From positions 1,736,001 through 1,800,000 of the forward strand of contig NW_026515668.1 in NCBI RefSeq assembly GCF_025526975.1: a stretch of 64,000 bases of DNA, read 5' to 3'. Positions 38,937 through 52,686 of the stretch are shown piece by piece; within the stretch, counting starts at the first letter, position 1; each line of letters starts with the position of its first letter. The stretch is from Fimicolochytrium jonesii (lineage: Eukaryota). The position numbers were made by a program, and so were the translations under genes. The notes under the pieces are model-generated. The model did no database searches. It had not been told where the DNA came from and saw nothing but the letters and a program-made list of their open reading frames with translations.

Positions 38937-39748
38937 CTATGCAAATGGGCTATCATACGACGCATTGACTCGTTTGTTGTCCGCGACGCTTCGCTCATAT
39001 TCTTCCGTTTCGATTGTGGCGTCTTTCTCAGGGGCCGAGAAGCTCTGTTCAAAGTAACGCCGATTAAGACCCACGAAACAGTTATTCATCAAGAAAGCAA
39101 AGACATCTTCAAAACCCTACCTCCAAGTAGGTGTTCCCTGCCGGGTCGGTCAGAATCAACGTGGCCGGCAACATATCGCCGTCCATAAAAGCCATCATCT
39201 TTTGCACCCATTGCTTCAGGTCGCTGTTTCCCCCACGTCCTGTTGCTTGAGCGTGTCGGAGCACGTCCGTCAAGGTCTGGTGCAAGAAGTCGGCGATACT
39301 CATGTAGCGTGCTGGCAAGGCCTCTGGTGGCACCTCGAGGCCGAGGGATGGGATCTCCATTGTGCAGTGCTCTCCCTACACATAGGATAAGGTTATTAGT
39401 GAATATCAACCGGATATGTCTTTTCCATAGGAAATTGCCTCAGGAAGTACCAACCTTCAAAACCAGCCTTTCAAAATCCCTCTTGCTCTCCATCTTCAAG
39501 GTCATCTTCGTCCCCTTGTCTTCCACCCTATGCCCGCTCTTATACGACTCCGTCTTGTTCCCGCAGTTCCCGCAGTCCAGTGTCAGGTGGGCCACCTCCT
39601 TGAAGTGGGGGATTTCCACCAGGGCGGCTTTCCCGTTGATAGTCACCCCGCATATTGGGCATGGTCTTGGAATGACTAGATCGCCCTGTGGCGCAGCTTC
39701 CACCTCGCTGTTATCCGCCTCGTTGTAGTTCTCCTTTGTGTCGGCCAT
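38937..39748 (-). CDS. ZPR1-type zinc-finger protein, single ZnF + A/B module
   Basis: CPIC...IPHFKEV...CGNCGNK, RLVLK, EIPSLGLEVPP and LILTDPAGNTYLE. Three exons. Confidence 0.85.
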
Positions 39749-39989
39749 TGCTTGGTTCGCTGAAGTGCTGATTTGTGTTGCAAATTCGTAATGCAAGTTG
39801 GTCTGGGTGCACGGGGGGAAGCCAGAGAGCGCCAACTCGTGAAGCGGTCGTTTTGGACGGCGTTCGCGTTATCACCAAATTCTCACCCATAAAGGCTGGC
39901 CGCTCTCTCAAAAGTCCGACGCCAAACGAGGTCCAATCTGAACTGCACGACGAAACCGTCGAAGCCGGCAAACGACAGCATCTTCAGCT

Positions 39990-41538
39990 ATGACATTCGG
40001 CGATGCTCTCCGGTGGGTCGTCAACGCCGCGGCCTATTTCGTGGTGACCGTCGGCTTGGGAGGGGTGTTCATGCTGTACACCTATCAAAACAACCTGATC
40101 TGTGAGTGATTAGGACCCGCTTTCAATAGCCCATGTATTACCTAGGATGGGCTGGTCGGAGGACCGACCGTCCGCGCGCCATGAAGACTTCAAGTGCTGT
40201 GCCTTCATCCTAAACACTTTCCTCTGCAGACCCCGCGAACTTCCCGGCCGGCTCTCGAGAAGTGGTGGACACGCCAGACAAAGTAGGCTTGCACGACTTT
40301 GAGAACCTCACTATCACGACACCGGACAAGGTCAAAATCAAAGCGTACTTCATCCGCCGCCGGAAAGCTTCCGGCGACAATTCCGCTCAGTCTGCCGATG
40401 GGGAGGGTCTACGGAACCGAGCTGAGAAGAAGGCCGGCGAGTTGGCGGATACCACTGTCATCTACTGCCATGCCAACGCGGGCAATATGGTAAGGATGGG
40501 TACGTCTGTGGAGGTGATGCTTGGTTGATGTGCTAACGGTGTCGAATGACTATCAGGGACACCGCCTTCCTATTGCCCGCATCCTGCATGAGAAGTTCAA
40601 GAGCAATGTGCTGATGTTCTCGTATCGCGGGTAAGGACACACTTCTTTCTCGCTCATATCGCTTCTTTGGAGACCCTGATTCACGTCCATTACAGGTACG
40701 GAACGAGCGAAGGGACACCGTCGGAAACCGGTCTCAAAATTGATGCACAGGTAGGAACATCGTCAATGCCAAAAGTATCCATACATTGGCTAATGACTTC
40801 ATTGGCAGGCCGCTTTGGAATGGGTCTTAGCCAACCCTGAGTTACCGCCAAATTCGAAGATTATCGTGTATGGTCAATCCATCGGCGGTGCTGTTGCCAT
40901 CAACTTGGCAGCGACCAACAAAGATAAAGTCTCCGCCCTGATTGTTGAGAACACGTTCTTGACCTTGGTATGTGATGTTGCTCGCAACTGCGCAAAGTTG
41001 CCGGTCGACTTGAAAATGATAGCTCACATCGTTTGACTTCCTGTAACAGCCCAAAATCGTACCGGCTGTCATTCCCGCCGCCAAATATCTTACATTCCTC
41101 TGCCACCAAATATGGGACTCGGAAACAGCCATCCAGACCATCCCATCAAAAATGCCCATTCTCCTTCTCAGCGGTGGAAACGACGAACTCATCCCGCCAA
41201 CGCATATGGCTCAGCTGTGCAATGTCGCTCGCGGAGCCCGCCGGAAATCCGTGTCATCGGCGCCCTCGGTGCATGACGGGACGAAGCTGTCGAAAGAAGA
41301 GAACGGGGTGGTGTTTGTGCTTTTCCCCAATGGGACGCACAACGAGACGTGTGTGCAGCGGGGGTACTTTGATGAGATGCTGCAGTTTGTAGAGAACTAC
41401 GTGCTGGGAAGGGGGAAGACGGTTGGAGGAGATAGTGTTGAGACGATTCCATCGGCAAAGACGAAGGCAAGCGGTATTGACGGCGTGAAGAACTACATCA
41501 ATGTCGTCAAGGAGGGTGGAGCTGGAGCCGAGTTGTAG
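39990..41538 (+). CDS. BEM46: BEM46/ABHD13-family alpha/beta hydrolase
   Basis: N-terminal TM + YQNNLIYP, HANAGNMGHR, SYRGYG, GQSIGG nucleophile elbow, ENTF, DELIP and GTHNET. Confidence 0.9.
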
Positions 41539-41830
41539 TGCAGAAGTACGTTAGATCATAGTCATTTTCATCTCATTCGTTTGTTTGTCTTCCTGCATGG
41601 ATCACTCGGACCAGGCTTGCAGTTTCGTTGGTTGTCGGCATATCCTTGATGCAATCGTCCGTTTGGGCAACAGTCGAAATATATCTCCAAATGGGCAGCG
41701 AGATATACAGAACATCGATTGTCCGCTTTGTGATGAATGAGAAAATATAATCACAAGAAAATGACGGGGCATAGAAGCTAAACAAATCGATACTCTACAA
41801 TTGAAACAACGTGGCGCTCGGCAACTCGGA

Positions 41831-43644
<1,814 letters not shown>

Positions 43645-44203
43645 TATGCCAAGATGACCCGAAATGCAAAGCTTGGCCGTGATCACGCGACGACGAACAC
43701 TGAAGTTTCAAAGACTCGGTAAAGACGTGAAAGTATAGCCTCGCTAGACAGGAACCCCGTGGACCGTCGTGGGAAAGTGGTGGGATGAGGACTCTTCTGA
43801 GTACCCTGGGATTGCACAACGAAAACCGTCCAGCCCAAGTGGTGACGCTGTGGTCCCAAATGAAATGAATTCCTCGCGAAACCACGTGAAACCATGGCCA
43901 ACGAATAAAAAAGCGCAACCCTCCAAAATTGCCAACCAAACCGCCAGAAGCTGTTGAAAGGCAGCATTTCCACTGCAAGAATCCCTCTCCTGGTCGCAAG
44001 GAAGTCTAAGGTGCGCATAGGTTACCCGGAAGCCGTCGAAGAGTCTTCGCTCCGTGCGAAATCGATCTCATATTGACGAGCTGCATCACTTTTCAGTCAG
44101 ACCACCGGCCGGCAATTTGAGTAAGAATTCCCTTTCGCCGAACGGGTTTCCGACACACTTTCTTTAGTTCAACTGTGTGGAGCACAGCACCTATCTGCCC
44201 AGC

Positions 44204-45359
44204 ATGCCGTCTGCTTCTTTCTTGCACCTGTCTCTCCCGAGCTCTTCAGCCTCCGCTGCGGCGATCGGAAACTCCGGCGTTTCTGCGACTGTCGGCCCTG
44301 TCGTGTTGTTCTCCGTGCTCGATCACTACCTTCGCCGAACTGAGAACCAGGAGAGAGTTATTGGGGCGCTTTTGGGAGTAAGGAGCGAGGATGGTTCGGA
44401 AATTGAGATCCGGAACTGCTTCCCATTGAGCGTGAATGAGGTCGGAGATCAACAGGTGAGGAGCTTTGACCACTGTAGATGCCTTTGGGAGGAGGTCCTT
44501 TGAGGAGGTCATTGGGGAACCGGGCGGGAGGCAAAGTGGGGCTTTGATACGGAGTTTGGCCCGGATGGGCTTGCAGCGGATACCACTCTGAATTTATGCT
44601 GGCCGATTCTCAAGTATACCGTATCTAAACGTTGTTTTTCCAGGTTGTGATTGACACGGACCATCTCACACAAATGTACACACTACACCAACGTGTGCAA
44701 TCGCGCGAGACCATCGTCGGATGGTACGCAACTGGACAGGCGCTGAACGCCAACAGTGTCTGGATCCACGAATTCTTCGCGAATGAGACGTCTCCTCATG
44801 CCCCTATCCACCTGCTCGTTGATGCCAACCTCAACCCCTCCCAACAACAAATCGTCTCTGCCTTCGCCTCCAGCCCCGTCGGAGTTCCCGACTCTGAAAA
44901 CATGGGGTCCATGTTCATCCGTGTGCCTTGCAATGTCAAATACTCTCCAGCAGAGAAGAGCTCTTTGGACCTCATGATGACCAACGGAACAACCGACGCA
45001 CCCCTTGTTAGCGAGATTGACTCCCTGGAAGACACAATTGAGCGTGTTCTGCGGATGATCGAACAGGTTCAGTCTTACGTGGATGCCGTTGTAGCTGGAA
45101 AGGAGGTTGGGAACAAGACGCTGGGACGGTATCTGATGGATATGGTTGAGAGCGTACCGGTCGTCAAAGCGAAGGAATTCGAGCAACTATTCAACGGACA
45201 TCTGCAGGTGCGTAGTCAGTTGACCGTCCTTGTGCGACATGTCCTTCCTTGCTAACCACACATTTATTCTATTCATAGGACATGCTCATGGTCGTGTACC
45301 TTGCCAACCTGACCAGGACGCAGCTCGCCATTGCAGAACGATTACACAAGATGATGTAG
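44204..45359 (+). CDS. EIF3F: Translation initiation factor eIF3 subunit F (MPN domain)
   Basis: PVVLFSVLDHYLRR, RVIGALLG, IRNCFP, ETIVGWYATG and HLQDMLMVVYLANLTRTQL. Confidence 0.92.
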
Positions 45360-46069
45360 ATCGCCTCCACTCCCCCCAAAGCGACGTAATGACAGACGGG
45401 CCGCCTCACTGTAGAGCAGCTAGAACCTCCCTATATGCATGCCAACGGCGCATCATCCTTCAGCCGGGTGTCGTCGGAGATGTTTGAAGCCCTTTGCACG
45501 CTCTGTGTCTTCCATTCCCCACTATATATTCGCATAGTCCCTTCCTCTCGCCATTTGCTTGCTTGCATGTATAGTTCCCGATAGCCTCCGCACATAAATA
45601 GCGATACCAGCCTAGATGGAAATCTTGACCTGTCCTGTTTCTTGTAGGTGCTGGGCGTAGGTACGGCGGGACTCTGTTGTGCAAAGTGGGCTCTAGATTC
45701 AACTTGCACAACGGGCGCTGAAAATCCAGTTCGACAAAACAAGTCGGCTTCCAAGCGCATATCATTTCATGTTCGACGAACAACTCTTTTTTTTTTAAGT
45801 CTATTCAATGCCAGCAATGTGATTTATATTTATACAGTACGCACGATTCAGTTCGGTGTCAGAGGTATACGTATATGATATGCAGAAAAACGAGAGTGGA
45901 GTACGAAAGGGAATCAAAGGAGTGATGCAAAAAAAATCTACAAAAAAAACGCACCACGAGCGGGAAGTAAACTCGTGGGCAACCTATACAATGCTATATG
46001 AAAAGTCTCATGTGGGAAGGTGCAATACGCCTAAGTAGAGAGCGATACTACCGCCGCCACACGTGCATA

Positions 46070-47653
46070 TCAGTACATGGCTATGCCCCAGGAACTTCCC
46101 GGCACGCCGGCCAGCGAGGTGTACATTTTCTGATCGGCGGCACGGCGCTTCTGGGCAGCTTCCTTTTCCGCGGCTTTCTTTTCGTCGGCTGCTTTTTTCT
46201 CCAAGGCTTTTCGTTCCTTCTCCGCTTGAGCAGCGGCTTCCTTGGCCGCCTTCTTGGCCGCCTTCGCGTCGGCCTTAGAAAGGCCCTTTGAAAGGTCAGT
46301 CTCGCCACTGCTGTGGAAGGGGCTTGGTGCCCGGGATTCGGCTCTCACTTGTGGCGGTGCCAGGAAGGATACAGGTGCTTCCAGGGCTGATGCGAAACCC
46401 TGTTGTTGCTGGTACTGCTGCTCATGCTGTTGTCTTTGCAGTTCCCAGGCCGCTTGCTTGGCAAGCAGCTCCTGTTGGTGCTGTAGCTGGTATTGCTGCT
46501 GTTGAGCTTGATTAGTTTGAAGACTGTAATCTTCACTACGGTATGCGCGTTGATAGTGTTCGGACACACTGTACGGCGAAGGAGAATGCACGGCGTCCGC
46601 GCTGTGCCGAACAGGTGCGATGGGATAATGTCGTTGAAATTGTGCGGAGAGTGTTGGGGATGGCGAGGGAAGAGAAGGTACTTGTGCCGCTGATGATGCC
46701 GTAGAGTGGGATCGCTCCAGATCTTCCAACAGTGCAATGGAGCTCATCAGATCCGTGGGCTTGTAGCTCAGAGGCGAGAGATGGGTGGATGCAGGCGGGG
46801 ATGATACCGAGGGTGGTAGGCCCTTTCCAGAATCAGAACGGCTCAGCTTGAATGCAGATCCGTCCATCAAAGCTTCCAGCGACTGTCCTTTGCCACTATT
46901 GGAAGGTGGATACCGCATATGGGTTTTCGAACCGGACGAAACCGATCGAAGCTTTGCGCGGTCTACCGCTGAGCGGAGGACGGCGAGCCACTCGACCATC
47001 TCATCGCGATGTGCGCATTGCAGGCGCCATTGGCGGGTGACGACTTCGTTATCGTTCATGCACGGGCTATGAACCTCGAGGACCCACATTCCTTCAGCAG
47101 ACACAAAGGCGGTGGTGGCGGGGGTGATTGGAAGGGCGGACATGGCGACTTCCGTGGATGCCGACGAGCGGAATAGATAGATGAATGTATCGGACAGGAC
47201 GAAGAACCTTGGGCGCCATTGCCGGCCTGCCATCGGATTGTTCGACGGTGTTGACTTCCGAAGCGATCCAGAGTGGATGATTTGTGTGCCGGGGTTGATT
47301 ACATCTTCCGGTTCCTGCAAATCCTCTTCCTCGTCGTAGCCGTCTTCGTCTCCAGCGACGGTGTGAGCCATGGTCTGTTGGGTACTTTGCGATCGAGTGT
47401 CCGCTGAAGCACTCGACTGGAAGCTGACGACGCTGCTGTGGTTGGACGGCTGTCGCTCTAGGCGGACGTTGCCGCGGCTCAACAGCGACCGTCGTTTATT
47501 ATCATAGGAGGATGGTGGCGAAATGGGACCGGCGGCCGGGACAGCCTTTCCTTGTGCACTTTCGTTGTTGAGCACCAAGGTTTGACCCAGTTCGCTCTCG
47601 AGTTGTGACAGCAGTGCGTCGACAGTAGCTAGTGCCGAACTCTTGGAGGCCAT
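46070..47653 (-). CDS. PH-domain protein
   Basis: HSGSLRK...WRPRFFVLS...EMVEWLAVLR with a Q-rich and K/E/A coiled-coil tail. Single exon. Confidence 0.85.
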   Translation of the reverse strand: MASKSSALATVDALLSQLESELGQTLVLNNESAQGKAVPAAGPISPPSSYDNKRRSLLSRGNVRLERQPSNHSSVVSFQSSASADTRSQSTQQTMAHTVAGDEDGYDEEEDLQEPEDVINPGTQIIHSGSLRKSTPSNNPMAGRQWRPRFFVLSDTFIYLFRSSASTEVAMSALPITPATTAFVSAEGMWVLEVHSPCMNDNEVVTRQWRLQCAHRDEMVEWLAVLRSAVDRAKLRSVSSGSKTHMRYPPSNSGKGQSLEALMDGSAFKLSRSDSGKGLPPSVSSPPASTHLSPLSYKPTDLMSSIALLEDLERSHSTASSAAQVPSLPSPSPTLSAQFQRHYPIAPVRHSADAVHSPSPYSVSEHYQRAYRSEDYSLQTNQAQQQQYQLQHQQELLAKQAAWELQRQQHEQQYQQQQGFASALEAPVSFLAPPQVRAESRAPSPFHSSGETDLSKGLSKADAKAAKKAAKEAAAQAEKERKALEKKAADEKKAAEKEAAQKRRAADQKMYTSLAGVPGSSWGIAMY

Positions 47654-49094
47654 CGTTGTTGCGGGCGGGATGCTCAAAAGTTCACGAAACGTTTAACGCG
47701 TTGGGGGGAAAGGCAAAGAAAGTCCAGAGGCTATACGAGTGCACTGATGACAGACAGCTCAAGCAAGGTCTTTATGTGCGGAGAAAGGGTCGGAGTCGGG
47801 ACGCTTTCGAAGTTTCCAGTCCTTGCTATGTGCGATGTTTGTGGCAGTGGTTTGCGCCTTTTGGTTTTTACCGTCTTGGCGGATTCGAGGCTGGATTCCG
47901 TCCAGTTGTTTCTCGCACTTGCCGAATCGGGCTTTATCACGGCTCACGAGCAATTTGCCCAGGACAAGCTGCTGTCCTTGTGCGCGGCGAAGGAAGGTTT
48001 ATGAGGTAGCAGCGTAGCACCAACTCGTCCTTTTTCTCAGCGCCGAGTCAGCGGGGAGTCGTACGTACTCCGTGAGCTCTCCGAAGTTCGAACACACGCC
48101 GTAAAAAGTGTGCAAGCGAGATCTACCTTTCCCTTTGAAAGTGAAAATGGTAGGAGATAAAAGCGAAGCAGCGAGGCTGGCGGTTAGCTTGAAATTGCGC
48201 TGTACGTCTGTACGAGGGTAGCGGGGTTGAGGCAGGTGTGCAGAATCGTCGGGACTTCGCCGATAACGTGCGTCGTAGGTGCTTTTCAGGGCCTCTGATG
48301 AGCTCTGAATATAGTTGTGAGCAAGCGCAAGAAAGTAGGTGTTTGGCCTGTTGATTGGATCTGGAGGTCTTCCTGGCGTCCAAAAGCACCGTCTGCTACG
48401 ATAAACAAAAATCTCTGACAATCTCCCCGATGGATGGCTTGTTGTTGGGTACTTCACCACCCTTCTGGAATTGACCGTGGGGGCCTCCCCAATTTCCGGC
48501 AGATTGTCTGACACCGTAGGATGAGAGCTGATGAGACCGGGCTTTCGGAGGCCATAGGGCATATCAGGTTGATCTATTAATGAAAAATTGTGAATTGGCA
48601 CGGGCCCGGCAGGTGGCCGATCATGCGCCGATGGCTGGGATATGTTCTCGGCATTGAGTTGGCAATACGGGTGCCCTGTCTCCATTGGCCAAAGTAGCAA
48701 AGTCTCCAAACATGGGAGTCTCATATAACTCAGCCCATCTTTAAGTTGTGGCGCCAGAGTTGTGCAGATCTCGCCGCCCGAAACAGCGAAACCCGGCGGT
48801 GGCGAGACTTTTTGGCAGCTGTCGGCATTCGACAGCATGGGGGTGCAACTCATCCTTTCGGACAAAGGAAAAGAGATAGAGCCCACCAACCATACACAAC
48901 CATAAACATACCATACACAACCATACCATGTAGGTATCTATGTGGTTTATGCAACATGGGATGTGCAAGGAAAGATTTTGCCGATGGCTGCCTGGATTTG
49001 CAGCAATGTTCGGTTGAATCATCAAAACCGGCGCGCACCACGGAGACCAGGTTGACGTCGAGGTTCGAGGAGACCTTACGCTCGGAAAAGCCAG

Positions 49095-49251
49095 ACTCGT
49101 CGTAACCAGATAGCTTCCTCAATAACCCCTTGTTCAAGGTCTCCTAGTCGTGGGGCCAAGTTCGGTACCTTTGGCCGGGTATTTAGGGTCCCGGTATGAT
49201 AGACCTTGGTGACTATGTTAATTAAGGGTTACCTATCTGGTTACGACGAGT
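49095..49251. repeat. Nested inverted repeat (fold-back) element
   Basis: ACTCGTCGTAACCAGATAG (49095..49113) is the exact reverse complement of 49233..49251. Internal pairs include CAAGGTCT/AGACCTTG and TAACCC/GGGTTA. Confidence 0.8.
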
Positions 49252-49544
49252 TCTGCGCACCGTTTGTGGAACCCGGAGGTCTCCGGCTGGTTACCGTCAG
49301 TTTCCACTGTCCAGCGCTTTTCAGATATGCACGGGGCCCGGCGAGTTAGCCGAACAGTATCGAAAGAATCCACGCAGAAATGGGAATGTATTGCAAGTAG
49401 GACGGATGATATTCTTCATGGTATGATACATGAAATGTAAGATTTACAAATGTGCGTGGATGTTCATGTAAGATTTACAAATGTGTTTGGGGAACATCCT
49501 CCAACGGGTTATTTACAAAAGCCCTCCTCGAGTTAAGGGGTCAC

Positions 49545-50816
49545 TTAAGCGTACGTAAGGAATCGGTAGTGCTTGTCCTTCTTCTCATCTGTGCGGTGAG
49601 TAAAGAATGACGGTAAGTTTTTGATTGCAGGGCGGCCGAAGGATCTTCTCAGGGCGAGAGTACATACCATTATCGTATGCGAAGAAGCATGCCCCGAGGT
49701 TCTCGCCGACCTTGCCAGGCTGCACGCTTCCCTTGTAGTGCACTTGAGCGACGTAAAGAGGCGTCCCATTGGATTCGTGACCGCCCTCGACGAGCCTGTA
49801 CTGTCCATTGTTCTTCAGGTCGCCTTCGCCATCAACCCAGCGGACGGCGTTCTCGATGCCGACGAGAATCTCATACTTGGGGATCGCAATTTCCTTGCCG
49901 CCGTAGGAAATGTGCGCACCGTCCTTGAGCGTTCGCGACGCCTTTCCAATCTGCACCGAGTTCTCGTGGAACGCACGAGCGATGTACAACGGAGTTCCGT
50001 CGGCCTCCTGTCCACCCTGCAGCGCACCCTGAGGGATGTTCGCCCCATCAGTGAGCACCCAGTTGACGGGAGGAAGTGGGGAGTTGTTCTTGACGGCCTC
50101 AAGGTATTGACCCTGACGGCGGATAGCGTCGGCCTCGAAGTTGGATGCGCCCCAGTTCTGTTCGGCTTTGCCCTCCTTGGCGTCGTTGTACTTGTCCCAT
50201 GCAAAGGCGCCGACTCCGATCGCTGCTGCGGTGCCAAGGATCCCGCCTCCGATCTTGAGCTCATCATCGGAGATGTGCAGGCCTCCGATGTTAAAACCGT
50301 CTTGGGACTGCTTGCGAGGATCGTTGGAGTTGGCGGGCACGACTTGGATGTTAGTTCCGCCTTGAGCATTTTGTTGTTGCTGGGGCTGTTGGTTGTACTG
50401 CTGTTGCTGCTGGTGGTATTGTTCGTTGGCAGCGCCGTAACCAACAACTTGTGGCGGTTGAACAGCAGGTTGTTGGGGCTGCTGGACGACAGGTTGCTGG
50501 GGTTGCTGGGGTTGTTGAACAGGAGCTTGCTGAGGCTTCTGCTGGCCACATTGAGAATCGTTGCGGTGCTCCTGGTGGTGCTCACCGTCGGGGATGCGTC
50601 CCCAGAGAGCAGGGACAACGTCGGGCGCCCAGTCGGACTGAGATCGGTGAGCCTGGAGAAGCAAGGTGGCAAGTCAGTTTCGACCCGTTCTTCCACATTT
50701 AGATCTACAGCAAAAGAGATCAGAAAACACACCTGAATGATCTTGTAATGATGACCTTTGTATTCGACGACGTCGCCGATGGCGTACTGACAACCTGGTT
50801 CCCAGCCTTGAGTCAT
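49545..50816 (-). CDS. CBM5/12 carbohydrate-binding module + DM9 (DUF3421) repeat protein
   Basis: N-terminal WEPGCQYAIGDVVEYKGHHYKIIQAHRSQSDWAPDVVPALW, Q/P linker, and two DM9 repeats (GGQEADGTPLYIARA...GK; GGHESNGTPLYVAQV...PGK). No signal peptide. Confidence 0.85.
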
Positions 50817-51796
50817 TTTTGCAGAGTAAAAAGATGTGATATATATGTGATTGGTTTGGGTATGGAGTGAGAGCGTAACTGTATCGCCTATTCAGATTTT
50901 GAATTGGGTATGGATTGCCTGGGAAAGGGAGAGAGGAAGGGTTGCCTTATATACCCCGAAACTCGTAGGGCTCAGCAAACGTGCGAAGGATGGATGAGGA
51001 CGAACACAGTCGTTTCTGTGGCTGGATCTGGACGGGAGACCAGCCACATTTGGCGACGGGCTTCTCGCTAGTATCATCAAGACCCTGACCTCACACAGCG
51101 GATGGTCCCAAACTCCCAGCCACGTTCTTCCAGACGGGACCCGACCGTTTGAATGTCCTCCCGCCCATCACCCAGGGACCCCTCTGTCTGCGCACAAATG
51201 CATTATGGCGATATTCATCGTCAAAGAGGACTCAAAAGTTCAAGTCCATCGACGCTTCATCACGTCATCGTATCCATAAAACCCAACCCGCCTCAACTTC
51301 CAAGCCGGTAAAGCCACTTGGGGGCATCCACAACCGTTGACGGTCGCGATGCGCAGCTTGCGCAGCATAGCACAAATGCAAGAGAAAAAACCCGCCACGC
51401 CACCAAAGGCGATGCCTGGACTCTGGACGATGTCTGCAGTGCGAATGCGGATGAATTCCTGGCAATTGACCTGCTTGAACGGCTCGGCTGTGTTTCAAAA
51501 CTCGCGGAAGCTGTCTGCACACTGATATTCACTGTTAAGGGAGGCGGTCGGCATCGGCAGAGATGGGAAAGCGTGCATAATAGACGGTCAACCAGCAAGC
51601 GCTCCATCACCAGAGTGATCGGATATGTCGGGAGTAACCAACCGCACCTACTGTACGTGAACATGTGAGCGATGCGATCCCTGGAACACTTCCCACGCCA
51701 TTCTGGTCCGCCGACGTAAGCGTGACCGCTGAGTGAGCGTCAGGACACGGGCCTCGCTAACGCCCGTGTCCGGCCATCCGGACACACCGTAGGGCT

Positions 51797-52686
51797 TTGG
51801 GCTTTCCAGAGAGAGCGAAAGTCCGTCGTGCATCCACCGAGGCCTCTAGAATACTTCCCCCAAGAGCGGCAAAACTGGACCTCTGTCAGTCGCCCGTTCC
51901 CCCGTGCAAGTTCTCCAGAGGGCTTGAAGAATGGGACCGGCAAGAAAGGGAACATGCGCAGAGGGACAGTATAGCTCGTGAACAGGAGCAGATTGCTCGT
52001 GACTATCAATAAAGGGAAGAGGAGGAGCAAAGGGAGCAGCAGACGCGGGAACGGCGCGAGAGCTTGGCTCGTGGGAACCAAGCTCACCAACTAGCCGAAG
52101 GGGTGGGAAGAGAAGAGCAGGCGCGAAGAGACGAGCAAGAGCGGCAACGATTGGAGAGACAGAGAGTAGAACGAATAGTCCGTCAACTACGGGATGAGCA
52201 GGAGTGGCCAAGGCGACGGGACTGGGAACATCTTGAGCCAGAGAGCTCTCCTGGAAAGCAAGAATACGCCGAGATAACAGCTCCTCAGGCACGCTAACGA
52301 CGAGCTCCTCAACTCCAACGATGAACGCCGGAGCAGGAACGGTTGCAGAATATGGTGGACCACCCAAGATGGCGCGAGCGACCATCCGTGAACTCATGCA
52401 TGATGCCGACTACTGCAATGACTGGGCCCGTGAGCGCAGAAGCATTCTTGAATGGGCGGAGAGGCGTAATCTTCATGCCTTTGTTGGTTGTGATGACCCT
52501 AAATTTCCAGCTTACTCCCTGAATTGTAGTAAATCAGAGCTTTTCAGGAACAAGGTGAAAATACCTCCAGAAAATAGCTCCAGGGAAAATTGCCCTCATC
52601 AGCTGTTCAGATTTGTCGCACGGTCAGGACACTGCTTACGAGACGACGCTTTTGCCGTGGGCTTCGTCTGCGTTACTGACGCGTAA
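51797..52686 (+). pseudogene. Degenerate E/R/Q-rich coiled-coil ORF
   Basis: Frames 51797..52012 and 52064..52297 are collinear, separated by an in-frame TAA. A shifted frame (52321..52686) follows. Confidence 0.35.

Noticed and set aside
47999..48889. 296-aa minus-strand ORF
   Set aside because: Non-ATG start, no recognisable motif and no gene-like composition. Not supportable as a CDS.
48887..48929. ACCAT/ACAC-rich short repeat
   Set aside because: Simple low-complexity microsatellite with no supporting context.
49621..50736. 371-aa plus-strand ORF
   Set aside because: Antisense shadow of the CBM12-DM9 gene, explained by codon bias.
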